Shown here: in pieces, positions 1 through 9,204 of the stretch
Numbering within the stretch: position 1 is the first letter of the stretch
Layout: the number at the start of each line of letters is the position of its first letter
Assembly (NCBI RefSeq): GCF_003428155.1
Contig: NZ_QLIR01000007.1
Coordinates: 30,001-62,000 of the forward strand
Direction: 5' to 3'
Source: Fastidiosibacter lacustris
GTDB taxonomy: Bacteria; Pseudomonadota; Gammaproteobacteria; Francisellales; Francisellaceae
DNA: 32,000 nt
Position numbers and translations under genes: made by a program
Notes under the pieces: model-generated
The model's database searches: none
Told to the model about the DNA's origin: nothing
The model's input: only the letters and a program-made list of their open reading frames with translations

Positions 1-801
1 AAAGTGATAACACTTTTTTGTGAGGTAGATGGGACGTTCCCTAATCATCATCCAGATCCAAGTAAGCCGCAAAATCTAATGGATTTAATTTATGCAGTTA
101 AAGAACATCAAGCAGATGTCGGTCTTGCATTTGATGGCGATGGTGATCGTTTGGGTGTAATTACACCAAATGGTCAGAATATTTTTTCTGATCGCCAGCT
201 TATGTTGTATGCCGAAGACGTGTTAAAACGTCACCCAAATGCTACAATTTTATTTGACGTAAAATGCAGTAAGAACGTAGCAAATTTTGTTGAGAAGCTA
301 GGTGGTAAAGCAGTGATGTCTCAAACAGGACACGCTTTAATTAAAAAGAGAATGAAAGAAACAAATGCAGAGCTTGCAGGAGAAATGAGCGGTCATATAT
401 TCTTTAATGATCGTTGGTTTGGTTTTGATGATGGCTTGTATACTGGGGTAAGGTTGTTAAATATCTTAGCTAGTAACATCAAAACACTTGATCAGATTTT
501 TGCTACTATTCCTGAGAGTATCAGCACTCCTGAGATTAACATTGAAGTTCCAGAGATACATAAGTTTAAAGTAGTAGATGTGCTTTTAAGAGAGGCAACG
601 ACAAAATTTAAAGATGAAAAAGTGATTACAATTGATGGCATACGTGTTGAATTTAACGATGGCTGGGGTTTGGTGCGTGCATCCAATACAACGCCATGTT
701 TGGTGCTACGTTTTGAAGCGGATACAACCGAAGCACTTGAGCGAATTAAACAAAATTTTATGCAATGGGTGACTGTTATTGCCAATAGCATTATGCATTA
801 A
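1..801 (+). CDS. Phosphomannomutase/phosphoglucomutase (alpha-D-phosphohexomutase family), C-terminal ~266 codons; the 5' end lies outside the window
   Basis: The frame is open from base 1. It carries the metal-binding loop FDGDGDR, the sugar-binding loop GEMSGH and the C-terminal phosphate-binding RASNTTP motif typical of AlgC/ManB-type PMM/PGM. Confidence 0.85.
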   Translation, partial: KVITLFCEVDGTFPNHHPDPSKPQNLMDLIYAVKEHQADVGLAFDGDGDRLGVITPNGQNIFSDRQLMLYAEDVLKRHPNATILFDVKCSKNVANFVEKLGGKAVMSQTGHALIKKRMKETNAELAGEMSGHIFFNDRWFGFDDGLYTGVRLLNILASNIKTLDQIFATIPESISTPEINIEVPEIHKFKVVDVLLREATTKFKDEKVITIDGIRVEFNDGWGLVRASNTTPCLVLRFEADTTEALERIKQNFMQWVTVIANSIMH

Positions 802-920
802 GAGTTTGTCATAAAATCCTCAAAATTCTCAGCGAAATTTTACTTGAAGGTGAAAAATTTGCATTTTGTTTGTCAAGGTCACTAAAAATCTTTAACATGC
901 TACTGTAATTATCAACGTGA

Positions 921-2222
<1,302 letters not shown>

Positions 2223-2377
2223 TGATTGCTTAACTTGTGATATTCGTCGAAATACAAAAGTTGGGATGTCTTGTTAAAAATAAATAAAGGTAAAATGACA
2301 TTTAAGTGGTGAAAAAATCATCGATAATGCGTACAATGTGCCAAATTTAAACATGGTACCAACGCACTGTAGTTTTT

Positions 2378-3454
2378 ATGTCTTTGCAAAATACTTCTAT
2401 TCAAGAAAATAAAAAACAATATAAAGCGGTTTCACTTATTTCTGGTGGTTTGGATTCAATGCTTTCGACCAAGATCATTCTTGAGCAAGGGATTCATGTC
2501 GAAGGGATCAACTTTTTTACAGGATTCTGTGTTGAGGGTCATACACATGCTATTCGCAAAAAAGATCAATCCAAGCGAAAGCGTAACAATGCTTTATGGG
2601 TTGCTGAGCAACTTGGAGTCAAACTGCATATTATTGACGTTATAGAAGAATATAAAGATGTACTTTTGAATCCAAAATATGGCTATGGCGCCAATATGAA
2701 TCCATGCTTGGATTGTAAGATTTTTATGGTTAAAAAAGCCAAAGAATGGGCATTTGAAAACGGTTTTGATTTTATTATTACAGGAGAGGTGGTTGGACAG
2801 CGTCCGATGTCACAACGAAAAAATACTATGCCGGTTATTCAGAAACAATCAGGTGTTGATGATTTGCTGCTTCGACCATTATGTGCCAAAAACTTGCCTG
2901 AAACTAAGCCTGAGCGTGAAGGCTGGGTGGATCGTAATAAATTATTTGATTTTCATGGACGCAATCGCACTCCACAGTTTGAATTAGCAAAAGCATATGG
3001 CTTTACAAATTATGCTACCCCAGCAGGTGGGTGTTGTTTCTTAACTGATAAACAATACTCAGATAAGCTTGTAGATTTATGGAAAGGGCGAAATGGTAAT
3101 CGTGATTACGATTTTGATGACATTATGTTATTAAAAATAGGGCGTCATATTCGACCGAAACCAGAGTTCAAACTCATCATTGGCCGTGAAGAAGGGGAGA
3201 ATAAATTTTTAAATGGTTATAAGCGTCAATTTCCAAGTATAACGGTTGAAAGCCATGGTGGACCTTTAACTTTAATAGATGGTCAGTTTCCTGAAGTAGA
3301 TGAAATCTTTGTTGCAAGAATTATTGCGCGTTTCTCACAAGGCAAAGATGCAGAACAAGTGACTTTACGCTTTAATTACCCAAATGGTGTTGTGCATGAA
3401 CAATCGGTTAAACCTTTTAGTGTTGAAGAAGTCAAGCAAGAGTGGTATGTGTAA
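2378..3454 (+). CDS. ThiI-like PP-loop (adenine nucleotide alpha-hydrolase) sulfurtransferase, exact substrate unknown
   Basis: SGGLDS PP-loop at residues ~22-27. NPCLDCK and ITGEVVGQRPMSQ resemble the ThiI AANH core (CxxCK ... TGExxGQxxSQ). An additional GGCCF cysteine pair is present. The stop overlaps the start of the TusA-like gene (TAATG). Confidence 0.6.
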   Translation: MSLQNTSIQENKKQYKAVSLISGGLDSMLSTKIILEQGIHVEGINFFTGFCVEGHTHAIRKKDQSKRKRNNALWVAEQLGVKLHIIDVIEEYKDVLLNPKYGYGANMNPCLDCKIFMVKKAKEWAFENGFDFIITGEVVGQRPMSQRKNTMPVIQKQSGVDDLLLRPLCAKNLPETKPEREGWVDRNKLFDFHGRNRTPQFELAKAYGFTNYATPAGGCCFLTDKQYSDKLVDLWKGRNGNRDYDFDDIMLLKIGRHIRPKPEFKLIIGREEGENKFLNGYKRQFPSITVESHGGPLTLIDGQFPEVDEIFVARIIARFSQGKDAEQVTLRFNYPNGVVHEQSVKPFSVEEVKQEWYV

Positions 3455-3678
3455 TGAAAATTGACCTTGAGCTTAATTTACGCAACCTTTTGTGTCCAAT
3501 GCCGGTAATTAAAACCCAAAACGTTTTGAAAAAGATGTGTTTAGGAGAGCATTTAAAAATCATTTGTACTGATCCAGGCGTAAAACATGATATTCCAACT
3601 TGGTGTAAGATCAATGATTATGTTATCGTAGAGCAATTTGAGCAAGACGATGATTTTGTATTTGTAATTAAGGCATAG
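3454..3678 (+). CDS. TusA/SirA-family sulfur carrier protein
   Basis: ~74 aa with the N-terminal LLCPMPVIK (CPxP) active-site motif. I prefer the ATG at 3454, which overlaps the upstream stop by 1 nt, over the track start at 3442. Confidence 0.8.
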   Translation: MKIDLELNLRNLLCPMPVIKTQNVLKKMCLGEHLKIICTDPGVKHDIPTWCKINDYVIVEQFEQDDDFVFVIKA

Positions 3679-3680
3679 TG

Positions 3681-3869
3681 ATGGATACAAAGCTATTAAG
3701 TATTTTAGTTTGCCCTGAATGCCAGGCACCTTTGGTATATGATAAGGAAAACAAAAGGCTTATTTGTAAGGCAGATAAGCTGGCTTATCCGATTATTGAT
3801 GATGTACCACGGATGTTGGTTGAAGAAGCGCAAAGATTAACGCTAGAAGAAGTCAAACACTATGATTAA
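3681..3869 (+). CDS. Trm112/YcaR-family small zinc-ribbon-like protein (UPF0434)
   Basis: 62 aa. LLSILVCPECQAPL ... LAYPIIDDVPRMLVEEA matches the YcaR family. It sits immediately upstream of kdsB and overlaps it, as ycaR does in E. coli. Confidence 0.85.
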   Translation: MDTKLLSILVCPECQAPLVYDKENKRLICKADKLAYPIIDDVPRMLVEEAQRLTLEEVKHYD

Positions 3870-4617
3870 ACGACATATTATTATTCCAGCACGGTTACAA
3901 TCAACTCGTCTGCAAAATAAACTTTTGTTAGAAATTGCGGGCAAACCCATTATTGAACATGTTTACCAAAAAGCATTGATGTGTGGTTTTGAACAGGTCA
4001 TCGTCGCTACGGATAGTGATGAAATAAAAAAAGTTGTTGAGACTTTTGGTGGCAATGTTTGTATGACACGTCATGATCACCAATCTGGTACTGATCGTTT
4101 AGCAGAAGCAGCTTATAAACTCAATATTCTTGATGATGATATCATTGTCAATATTCAAGGAGATGAGCCACTAATTCCTGTGGAAAACGTCATTCAGGCT
4201 GTTCAGTTGTTGGTAACAAATAAACAAGCATCGATGGCGACTTTGTGTGAGCCTATAATCGAAGGAAGTGAAATTCATAACCCAAACTGTGTTAAAGTCG
4301 TATTTGATCAACAAGGATATGCACTTTACTTTTCGCGTGCACCTATTCCTTGGCAACGTGGGGTGTTTGATCAAGGGCGTGTTAATATCGGTGATCATTA
4401 TCGACACATTGGCTTGTATGCTTATCGGGCAGCATTTTTAAAAGAATATGCTTTGATGACAAAAAGTCCATTAGAGCAAGTTGAATCTCTAGAGCAACTA
4501 AGAGTGTTGTGGCATGGGAAAAAGATTGCAATAGCAATTGCTAAATTTAGTACCCCTCCAGGTGTTGACACTCAAGCGGATTTGGATAAAGTGAGAAACT
4601 TGTATGAAAGGCTTTAA
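3862..4617 (+). CDS. kdsB: 3-deoxy-manno-octulosonate cytidylyltransferase (CMP-KDO synthetase)
   Basis: 251 aa. IIPARLQSTRLQNKLL at the N-terminus, NIQGDEPLI and YFSRAPIPW motifs. Conserved ycaR-kdsB synteny. Confidence 0.93.
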   Translation: MIKRHIIIPARLQSTRLQNKLLLEIAGKPIIEHVYQKALMCGFEQVIVATDSDEIKKVVETFGGNVCMTRHDHQSGTDRLAEAAYKLNILDDDIIVNIQGDEPLIPVENVIQAVQLLVTNKQASMATLCEPIIEGSEIHNPNCVKVVFDQQGYALYFSRAPIPWQRGVFDQGRVNIGDHYRHIGLYAYRAAFLKEYALMTKSPLEQVESLEQLRVLWHGKKIAIAIAKFSTPPGVDTQADLDKVRNLYERL

Positions 4618-5020
4618 ATTGGATGACAATCTGGCTACAAGTTCAAGTTTAGTAGTAGATCTCGGTGACATTGAGCTAAGGTTGTCTAATAATGCGTTGT
4701 TACCATGGTTGCTACTTATTCCAAAAGTGAATGTGATTGAATGGTATGAGCTTGATGAGAACATGCAAAGGCGACTCAATCAGCTTATTAATGTGTTGTC
4801 TAAGTTCTTAAAAGAAGTGTTAAATGTCGATAAGGTAAACGTTGCAATCATAGGCAATGTGGTCTCACAAATGCACGTTCATGTTATCGGTCGTAACAAG
4901 GATGATTTTTGCTGGCCGAATGTAGTCTGGGGGAAAAGTGAATTTAAGGCTTATACGGAAGCTAAAAAACGGCAATTATGCTTGGCATTACAAAAAGAAA
5001 TTGATGCTTTTTGTTGTTAA
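4604..5020 (+). CDS. HIT (histidine triad) family hydrolase
   Basis: 138 aa with the histidine triad QMHVHVIGR. The start overlaps the kdsB 3' end by 14 nt. Confidence 0.8.
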   Translation: MKGFKLDDNLATSSSLVVDLGDIELRLSNNALLPWLLLIPKVNVIEWYELDENMQRRLNQLINVLSKFLKEVLNVDKVNVAIIGNVVSQMHVHVIGRNKDDFCWPNVVWGKSEFKAYTEAKKRQLCLALQKEIDAFCC

Positions 5021-5120
5021 AGAAATTTCTAAATGTGACCGCATTTTGAGCATGAATAAAATATAGACAGCAAGCCTGTGATTGAGTCAAAATAAAACTC
5101 TAAAAAGTGATAAAATGCAA

Positions 5121-5148
5121 TTGACTTTAGGTCTTTAGCCCTTATAAT
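5121..5148 (+). promoter_or_regulatory. Sigma-70-type promoter for the tRNA-Gly/Cys/Leu cluster
   Basis: TTGACT (5121-5126), a 16-nt spacer, then TATAAT (5143-5148). The -10 element ends 13 nt upstream of the first tRNA. Confidence 0.6.
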
Positions 5149-5161
5149 TTGATCCTGTTCT

Positions 5162-5236
5162 GCGGGAATAGCTCAGTGGTAGAGCACAACCTTGCCAAGG
5201 TTGGGGTCGCGAGTTCGAACCTCGTTTCCCGCTCCA
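5162..5236 (+). tRNA. tRNA-Gly (anticodon GCC)
   Basis: Acceptor stem GCGGGAA/TTCCCGC, D-loop AGCTCAGTGGTAGAGC, anticodon loop CTTGCCAAG, T-arm GGTCGCGAGTTCGAACCTCG, encoded CCA. Confidence 0.95.
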
Positions 5237-5238
5237 GC

Positions 5239-5312
5239 GGCTGGGTAGCAAAGTGGTTATGCAGAGGCCTGCAAAGCCTTGGACACCGGTTCGATTCCGG
5301 TCTCAGCCTCCA
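5239..5312 (+). tRNA. tRNA-Cys (anticodon GCA)
   Basis: Acceptor stem GGCTGGG/CTCAGCC with one G-U pair, anticodon loop CCTGCAAAG, T-arm CCGGTTCGATTCCGG, encoded CCA. Confidence 0.93.
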
Positions 5313-5318
5313 AAATAC

Positions 5319-5408
5319 GCCCGGGTGGTGAAATAGGTAGACACAAGGGACTTAAAATCCCTCGAGAATTAAACTCTCGTGCCGGTTCGACTCCGGCTCC
5401 GGGCACCA
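5319..5408 (+). tRNA. tRNA-Leu (anticodon TAA), class II with a long variable arm
   Basis: Acceptor stem GCCCGGG/TCCGGGC, anticodon loop CTTAAAA, long variable arm CTCGAGAATTAAACTCTCG, T-arm GCCGGTTCGACTCCGGC, encoded CCA. The Gly-Cys-Leu order matches E. coli glyW-cysT-leuZ. Confidence 0.92.
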
Positions 5409-5714
5409 AATAATTATTTCATAATGTTTCACAAAATCTTTAAATTCCTTAGCAAATAAGGGTAAATCTGATAATACAAATTAATATAGAATTTCACAAT
5501 GAATTTACTTGCTGATTTTACGCTTAGATATGCACATTTTTGAACCGCCAAGCAAACGGTCGTTTTGTTTGTATATCAGTGTGCTACTGATGCATCTTGA
5601 TTTTTCAAAAAACAATATGTAACAATAATAATTAAAATATGTCATTATGTATTTAGATGATTCAGAATTATGATTCTGACACCAAATAATAGGAAATATA
5701 GAGGAGATCTTTTA

Positions 5715-6053
5715 ATGGAAACTAGTTTGCATAACTTAGAAAAAAATATTTTAAATAAATTTAATATAAATCAAGATGATTGGGTTGATTGGCGTTGGCA
5801 ACAGAGAAACACTATCTAAAGATGCTGATGATTTATATGCATCCCTTGGTAATAGTTGGGAGCAAAACATTCAGGATAAGGTTATCCAAGCTACAACATG
5901 GTGAACGCTGAGGTTGAGGAAAATTATTTGCTAAAGTGCTGGGCTAAGGTTGGTGACGCATCTCAAGCGTTAGAGAGTTACACAACACTTTTAAATATAG
6001 TTACACCAAATATTTTGAGAGAGTCACTACTAAATGTGGGGGCGGTATCATGA
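5715..6053 (+). pseudogene. Degenerate N-terminal fragment of a KamA-family (lysine 2,3-aminomutase-like radical SAM) gene, split over three frames and lacking the radical SAM core
   Basis: Piece 1 (5715-5819) reads METSLHNLEKNILNKFNINQDDWVDWRWQQRNTI*. Piece 2, in another frame and ending at 5904, reads ..SKDADDLYASLGNSWEQNIQDKVIQATTW*. Piece 3 (5898-6053) reads MVNAEVEENYLLKCWAKVGDASQALESYTTLLNIVTPNILRESLLNVGAVS*. W-x-DW-x-WQ-x-x-N followed by ..DL.. and ..ITP.. is the conserved order in KamA/EpmB N-termini, recalled from memory. No CxxxCxxC region follows. Confidence 0.45.
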
Positions 6054-6772
6054 GCAATGAAGCTGGGCAATTATTTTTTATACAGAATCATTATGTGCAT
6101 CAACAGAATTATAAAGACCTTATATCGTGTGATGATGAAAGCGTGCGTAGCTTCAAAGCACATTGGGATAGACTGGTGCATGATGATAATTTCAAAGATT
6201 ATACGAACAGGAGGCGACGTATACTTCGTTATACGTATGACGTGATATCAAATAATCTTAGAATTAATCGTGATAGTGAGTATAAATCCTCAGTGACATA
6301 TGACATTCCCTATCAGCAAGGTGCTAATAAACTAACTTATGCCGAGGAAAGTTTTATCCATCATCCTATTACGCAGCAATTAATTACAACAGATCTTGAT
6401 TTTTTCAAATCTCATCTAGATAAGCAGAGTCGTTATGAAGTGAATGCGCATTTGTTTAGAGTACAAGCTGATGATGAAGGTATTAGCCCAACCACTTCAG
6501 GTATTCATCGAGATGGCATGGATTTTATTGGGATGCATTTTATTGATGCGCATAATACAGTTGATGTGGTTTCAAAGCTTTATGCATCAGATCGATCAGA
6601 GAGTGAAGTGTTTAGTAAACCAATGAGCGCTTTTTTGGAAACTCTTCTAGTCAATGATCAGAAGCTTTATCATAGTGCCAGTGAAGTAAAACAGAATAAA
6701 AATACAAATCAAATCGCCTATCGTGATTTGTTGCTTGTGACTTTACACAAAACTAAAGAGATATTGGCATGA
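6050..6772 (+). CDS. 2OG-Fe(II) dioxygenase family protein, PF10014/BsmA-like (free amino-acid hydroxylase family)
   Basis: 240 aa. The central TSGIHRDGMDFIGMHFI contains the H-x-D iron-binding dyad in the context typical of this family. The N-terminal RRRRILRY segment is also family-like. The assignment is by eye only. Confidence 0.65.
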   Translation: MSNEAGQLFFIQNHYVHQQNYKDLISCDDESVRSFKAHWDRLVHDDNFKDYTNRRRRILRYTYDVISNNLRINRDSEYKSSVTYDIPYQQGANKLTYAEESFIHHPITQQLITTDLDFFKSHLDKQSRYEVNAHLFRVQADDEGISPTTSGIHRDGMDFIGMHFIDAHNTVDVVSKLYASDRSESEVFSKPMSAFLETLLVNDQKLYHSASEVKQNKNTNQIAYRDLLLVTLHKTKEILA

Positions 6773-8004
6773 CAGGTGTAGTTAATCAATGGCATGGCTC
6801 TGCGCGAAATGCATTTCTAATCATCTTTGCCCGAGGGGTGTCAGATTTCGGTGCATTTTTAAATATGGTGGCATTGTCGACATATGTTTATATTCTAAGT
6901 AACAGTGTTATGCACATTAGCATTTTCTTAGCCGCGCGTGTAGCTGGTGGTATTTTTGCCAGTAGTATTGGAACGCTGTTTTTTCGTCGTTTCATTGGCA
7001 AGTGGTCGCTTATTTGGTTTGATGTGTTGCGAGCGTTATTGCTAGCAAGTCTCTTTGTTATACCACAATCAATGCAAGTATATATTTTACCAATCATTGC
7101 CTTTGGCATCGGTCTAGGAAACTCGATGTTTTCGATTGGGATTAATACTCAAATTCCATATTTAATTCAGGATTCCAAAAGAGTATCAGTGAATGGATGG
7201 TTGTCTTCAATTTCAGCAACATCTGCAGTTTTGGGTAGTTTAGTATCTGGTTTAGTTGTAGCGCTAAGTGGTTATGATGCAGTTTTTGCACTGAATATCA
7301 TTACGTATTTGTTAGCTGGCATCATTATCTATCCGATTACGATTTTACGTGATCCTAGTAAACAAAAAACTTCTTCAAATAAAGAATGGCAAAATTTATT
7401 TAAAGCACTACGAGGACATAAAATGCTTGCCTTTATATTGCTAATTACTATGGCAGATACATTAGGCAGTGCGGCACATAACGTGGGATTTCCAATTATA
7501 TCAAAACTCATTACTCCAGAATCAATTAGTAGCACTGTGGGGCTGATTTTAGCATTGTGGGCAATTGGCAAATTTGGCGGAGCTCGCTTAATAAGCCGAT
7601 TACTCAAAAATAAAAACAACTTAAGTATGGAGCGTTTTTTCATGCTTGGTGTATTTTTAATGTCGACAGGTTTCATTTTACTGTTTGCTCAAAGTTCTAC
7701 AATGTGGCTTATTCCTTTTGCGATGTGGGCTGGTTTGGGAGATGGGGTATCTGAAGTAAGCTTACTATCACGTGTACAAAATGAATCTGATGAAGTACGA
7801 CTCCCCATTTTCAGTTTATTAACTTTGATGCAGATGACAGGCTTTGGTATTGGGATGTTAATCGTCGCACCATTCTTCGTGTGGTGGGCGCCGATGTATG
7901 TTGTGATATTATTTCATGGTATTCCTATTGGAATAATGCTCATGGTGTTTTGTAAAATGTATAGTCATCTATTTAAGCAAACCGATACTATGATTGCAAA
8001 GTGA
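6769..8004 (+). CDS. MFS transporter (EntS/MFS_3-like 12-TM exporter)
   Basis: 411 aa and highly hydrophobic, with about 12 predicted TM segments and a central hydrophilic loop (RDPSKQKTSSNKEW). The start overlaps the dioxygenase stop (ATGA). Confidence 0.8.
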   Translation: MTGVVNQWHGSARNAFLIIFARGVSDFGAFLNMVALSTYVYILSNSVMHISIFLAARVAGGIFASSIGTLFFRRFIGKWSLIWFDVLRALLLASLFVIPQSMQVYILPIIAFGIGLGNSMFSIGINTQIPYLIQDSKRVSVNGWLSSISATSAVLGSLVSGLVVALSGYDAVFALNIITYLLAGIIIYPITILRDPSKQKTSSNKEWQNLFKALRGHKMLAFILLITMADTLGSAAHNVGFPIISKLITPESISSTVGLILALWAIGKFGGARLISRLLKNKNNLSMERFFMLGVFLMSTGFILLFAQSSTMWLIPFAMWAGLGDGVSEVSLLSRVQNESDEVRLPIFSLLTLMQMTGFGIGMLIVAPFFVWWAPMYVVILFHGIPIGIMLMVFCKMYSHLFKQTDTMIAK

Positions 8005-8199
8005 GAAATATGTTTTTTATTTTCCCGTAAAGCCTATAATCCTTTGATATTAAAAGGATTTTGGAGATATATATTCACCAACTTTATTAAAAAGCAAAAC
8101 GTTTTAAAGATATATAGAATAAGGGCTAAAGGCACTTTGAGAGTACAAACCAGCGCTATCTGGAATTAACGCCAAAAGGTAAATTCTAACATTATTTCC

Positions 8200-8265
8200 G
8201 AGGTTGTTTGTTTATCACATCTCTAGAGATACCCTCTAGAAACAAAATTTACAACCTCATTTTTA
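8200..8265 (+). terminator. Multi-tier imperfect hairpin followed by a T-run; possible intrinsic terminator or structured element
   Basis: GAGGTTGT (8200-8207) pairs with ACAACCTC (8251-8258). TTTGTTT (8207-8213) pairs with AAACAAA (8240-8246). The core holds a 12-bp perfect palindrome ATCTCTAGAGAT (8219-8230) and a second CTCTAGA copy. The element is followed by ATTTTTAT. Confidence 0.4.
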
Positions 8266-8400
8266 TCTCATGGCTAAATTTCGTTCTTTTATATCGAACT
8301 TACATTATACAGAGGGATCCGAAAAATTTATTGAAAATCTGAAAGTTTTGTATTTAAATGGTTTTGTTTTCTTAGTTTGGAGTTGGTTTTGGAGCGGTGG

Positions 8401-8832
8401 ATGAATAAGAAACTGTATCTGTTGTTATTAGGAACATTTATCATAGCAGGTTGTGCGCAGAGAGATATACCTAGGTTACCATCTCAACAAATGTCGGAGG
8501 TTGTGCTTAAAAAACATGAACCTTCTCAAACGACTTTAATGCAAATAGCAAGTGATCAAGCTGCTTTGGCTGATATAGAAGATAGCAATGCAAGGGTGGA
8601 AGAAGTACAGACAAATGCAAAACAGGATTCTGAGATTCAACTACAAAACGATGAGAAAATAAGCATTAATCAACCTGTAACCTATAAAGTTGAGATTGGC
8701 GATAGCTTATATAGCATTGCGCGCAAAAATAATATCAGTATTGTATGTTTAGCCAAAGTAAATAAAATAAACGATCCTAATCGCTTAGCTGCAGGGCAAA
8801 CTTTAACTGTTCCTAAAGCCAGTGATTGTTAA
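8401..8832 (+). CDS. LysM-domain lipoprotein
   Basis: The MNKKLYLLLLGTFIIAGC signal peptide carries a lipobox (IAGC). The C-terminal LysM repeat is YKVEIGDSLYSIARKNNISIVCLAKVNKINDPNRLAAGQTLTVP. I prefer the ATG at 8401 to the track's TTG at 8377. Confidence 0.8.
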   Translation: MNKKLYLLLLGTFIIAGCAQRDIPRLPSQQMSEVVLKKHEPSQTTLMQIASDQAALADIEDSNARVEEVQTNAKQDSEIQLQNDEKISINQPVTYKVEIGDSLYSIARKNNISIVCLAKVNKINDPNRLAAGQTLTVPKASDC

Positions 8833-8888
8833 TTTTTCTTATGCGATAGCAATTAAAAATAATAAGCCTGTGTATTCAGCTTTGAGAC

Positions 8889-8965
8889 TGGTAGCTACGA
8901 CTGGACTTGAACCAGTGACCCCAGCATTATGAATGCTGTGCTCTAACCAACTGAGCTACGTAGCC
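8889..8965 (-). tRNA. tRNA-Met, elongator (anticodon CAT)
   Basis: The reverse complement reads GGCTACGTAGCTCAGTTGGTTAGAGCACAGCATTCATAATGCTGGGGTCACTGGTTCAAGTCCAGTCGTAGCTACCA. It closely resembles E. coli metT as I remember it. A CAT anticodon could formally be tRNA-Ile2, but the body looks Met-elongator. Confidence 0.88.
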
Positions 8966-8978
8966 ACAACAGGGAGGA

Positions 8979-9006
8979 ATATTATCAAGATTGAGTTTGT
9001 TGTCAA
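8979..9006 (-). promoter_or_regulatory. Sigma-70-type promoter for tRNA-Met
   Basis: On the minus strand, TTGACA (9006-9001), a 16-nt spacer, then TAATAT (8984-8979). The -10 element ends 13 nt upstream of the tRNA 5' end. Confidence 0.6.
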
Positions 9007-9204
9007 TCCTTTTTTAAACATTTGTCGAGAGGTGTGGATTTGAGCGCTATTTTAGGTAATAGGTGCTGATTTTTGGTTGAATTGTGTCTATAATGTCCGC
9101 CTGGTCGCACAATATATAGGCATGTGAGCCGTTTAGGAGTCATAAAAAAATAGCTGATATAGTTGTGCCAGAGTGAATGAGTAAATAAATTTAGGAACCT
9201 TTAA

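Noticed and set aside
5149-5331. 60-aa ORF spanning the tRNA-Gly and tRNA-Cys genes
   Set aside because: It is entirely explained by two canonical tRNA genes, and the translation has no protein-like features.
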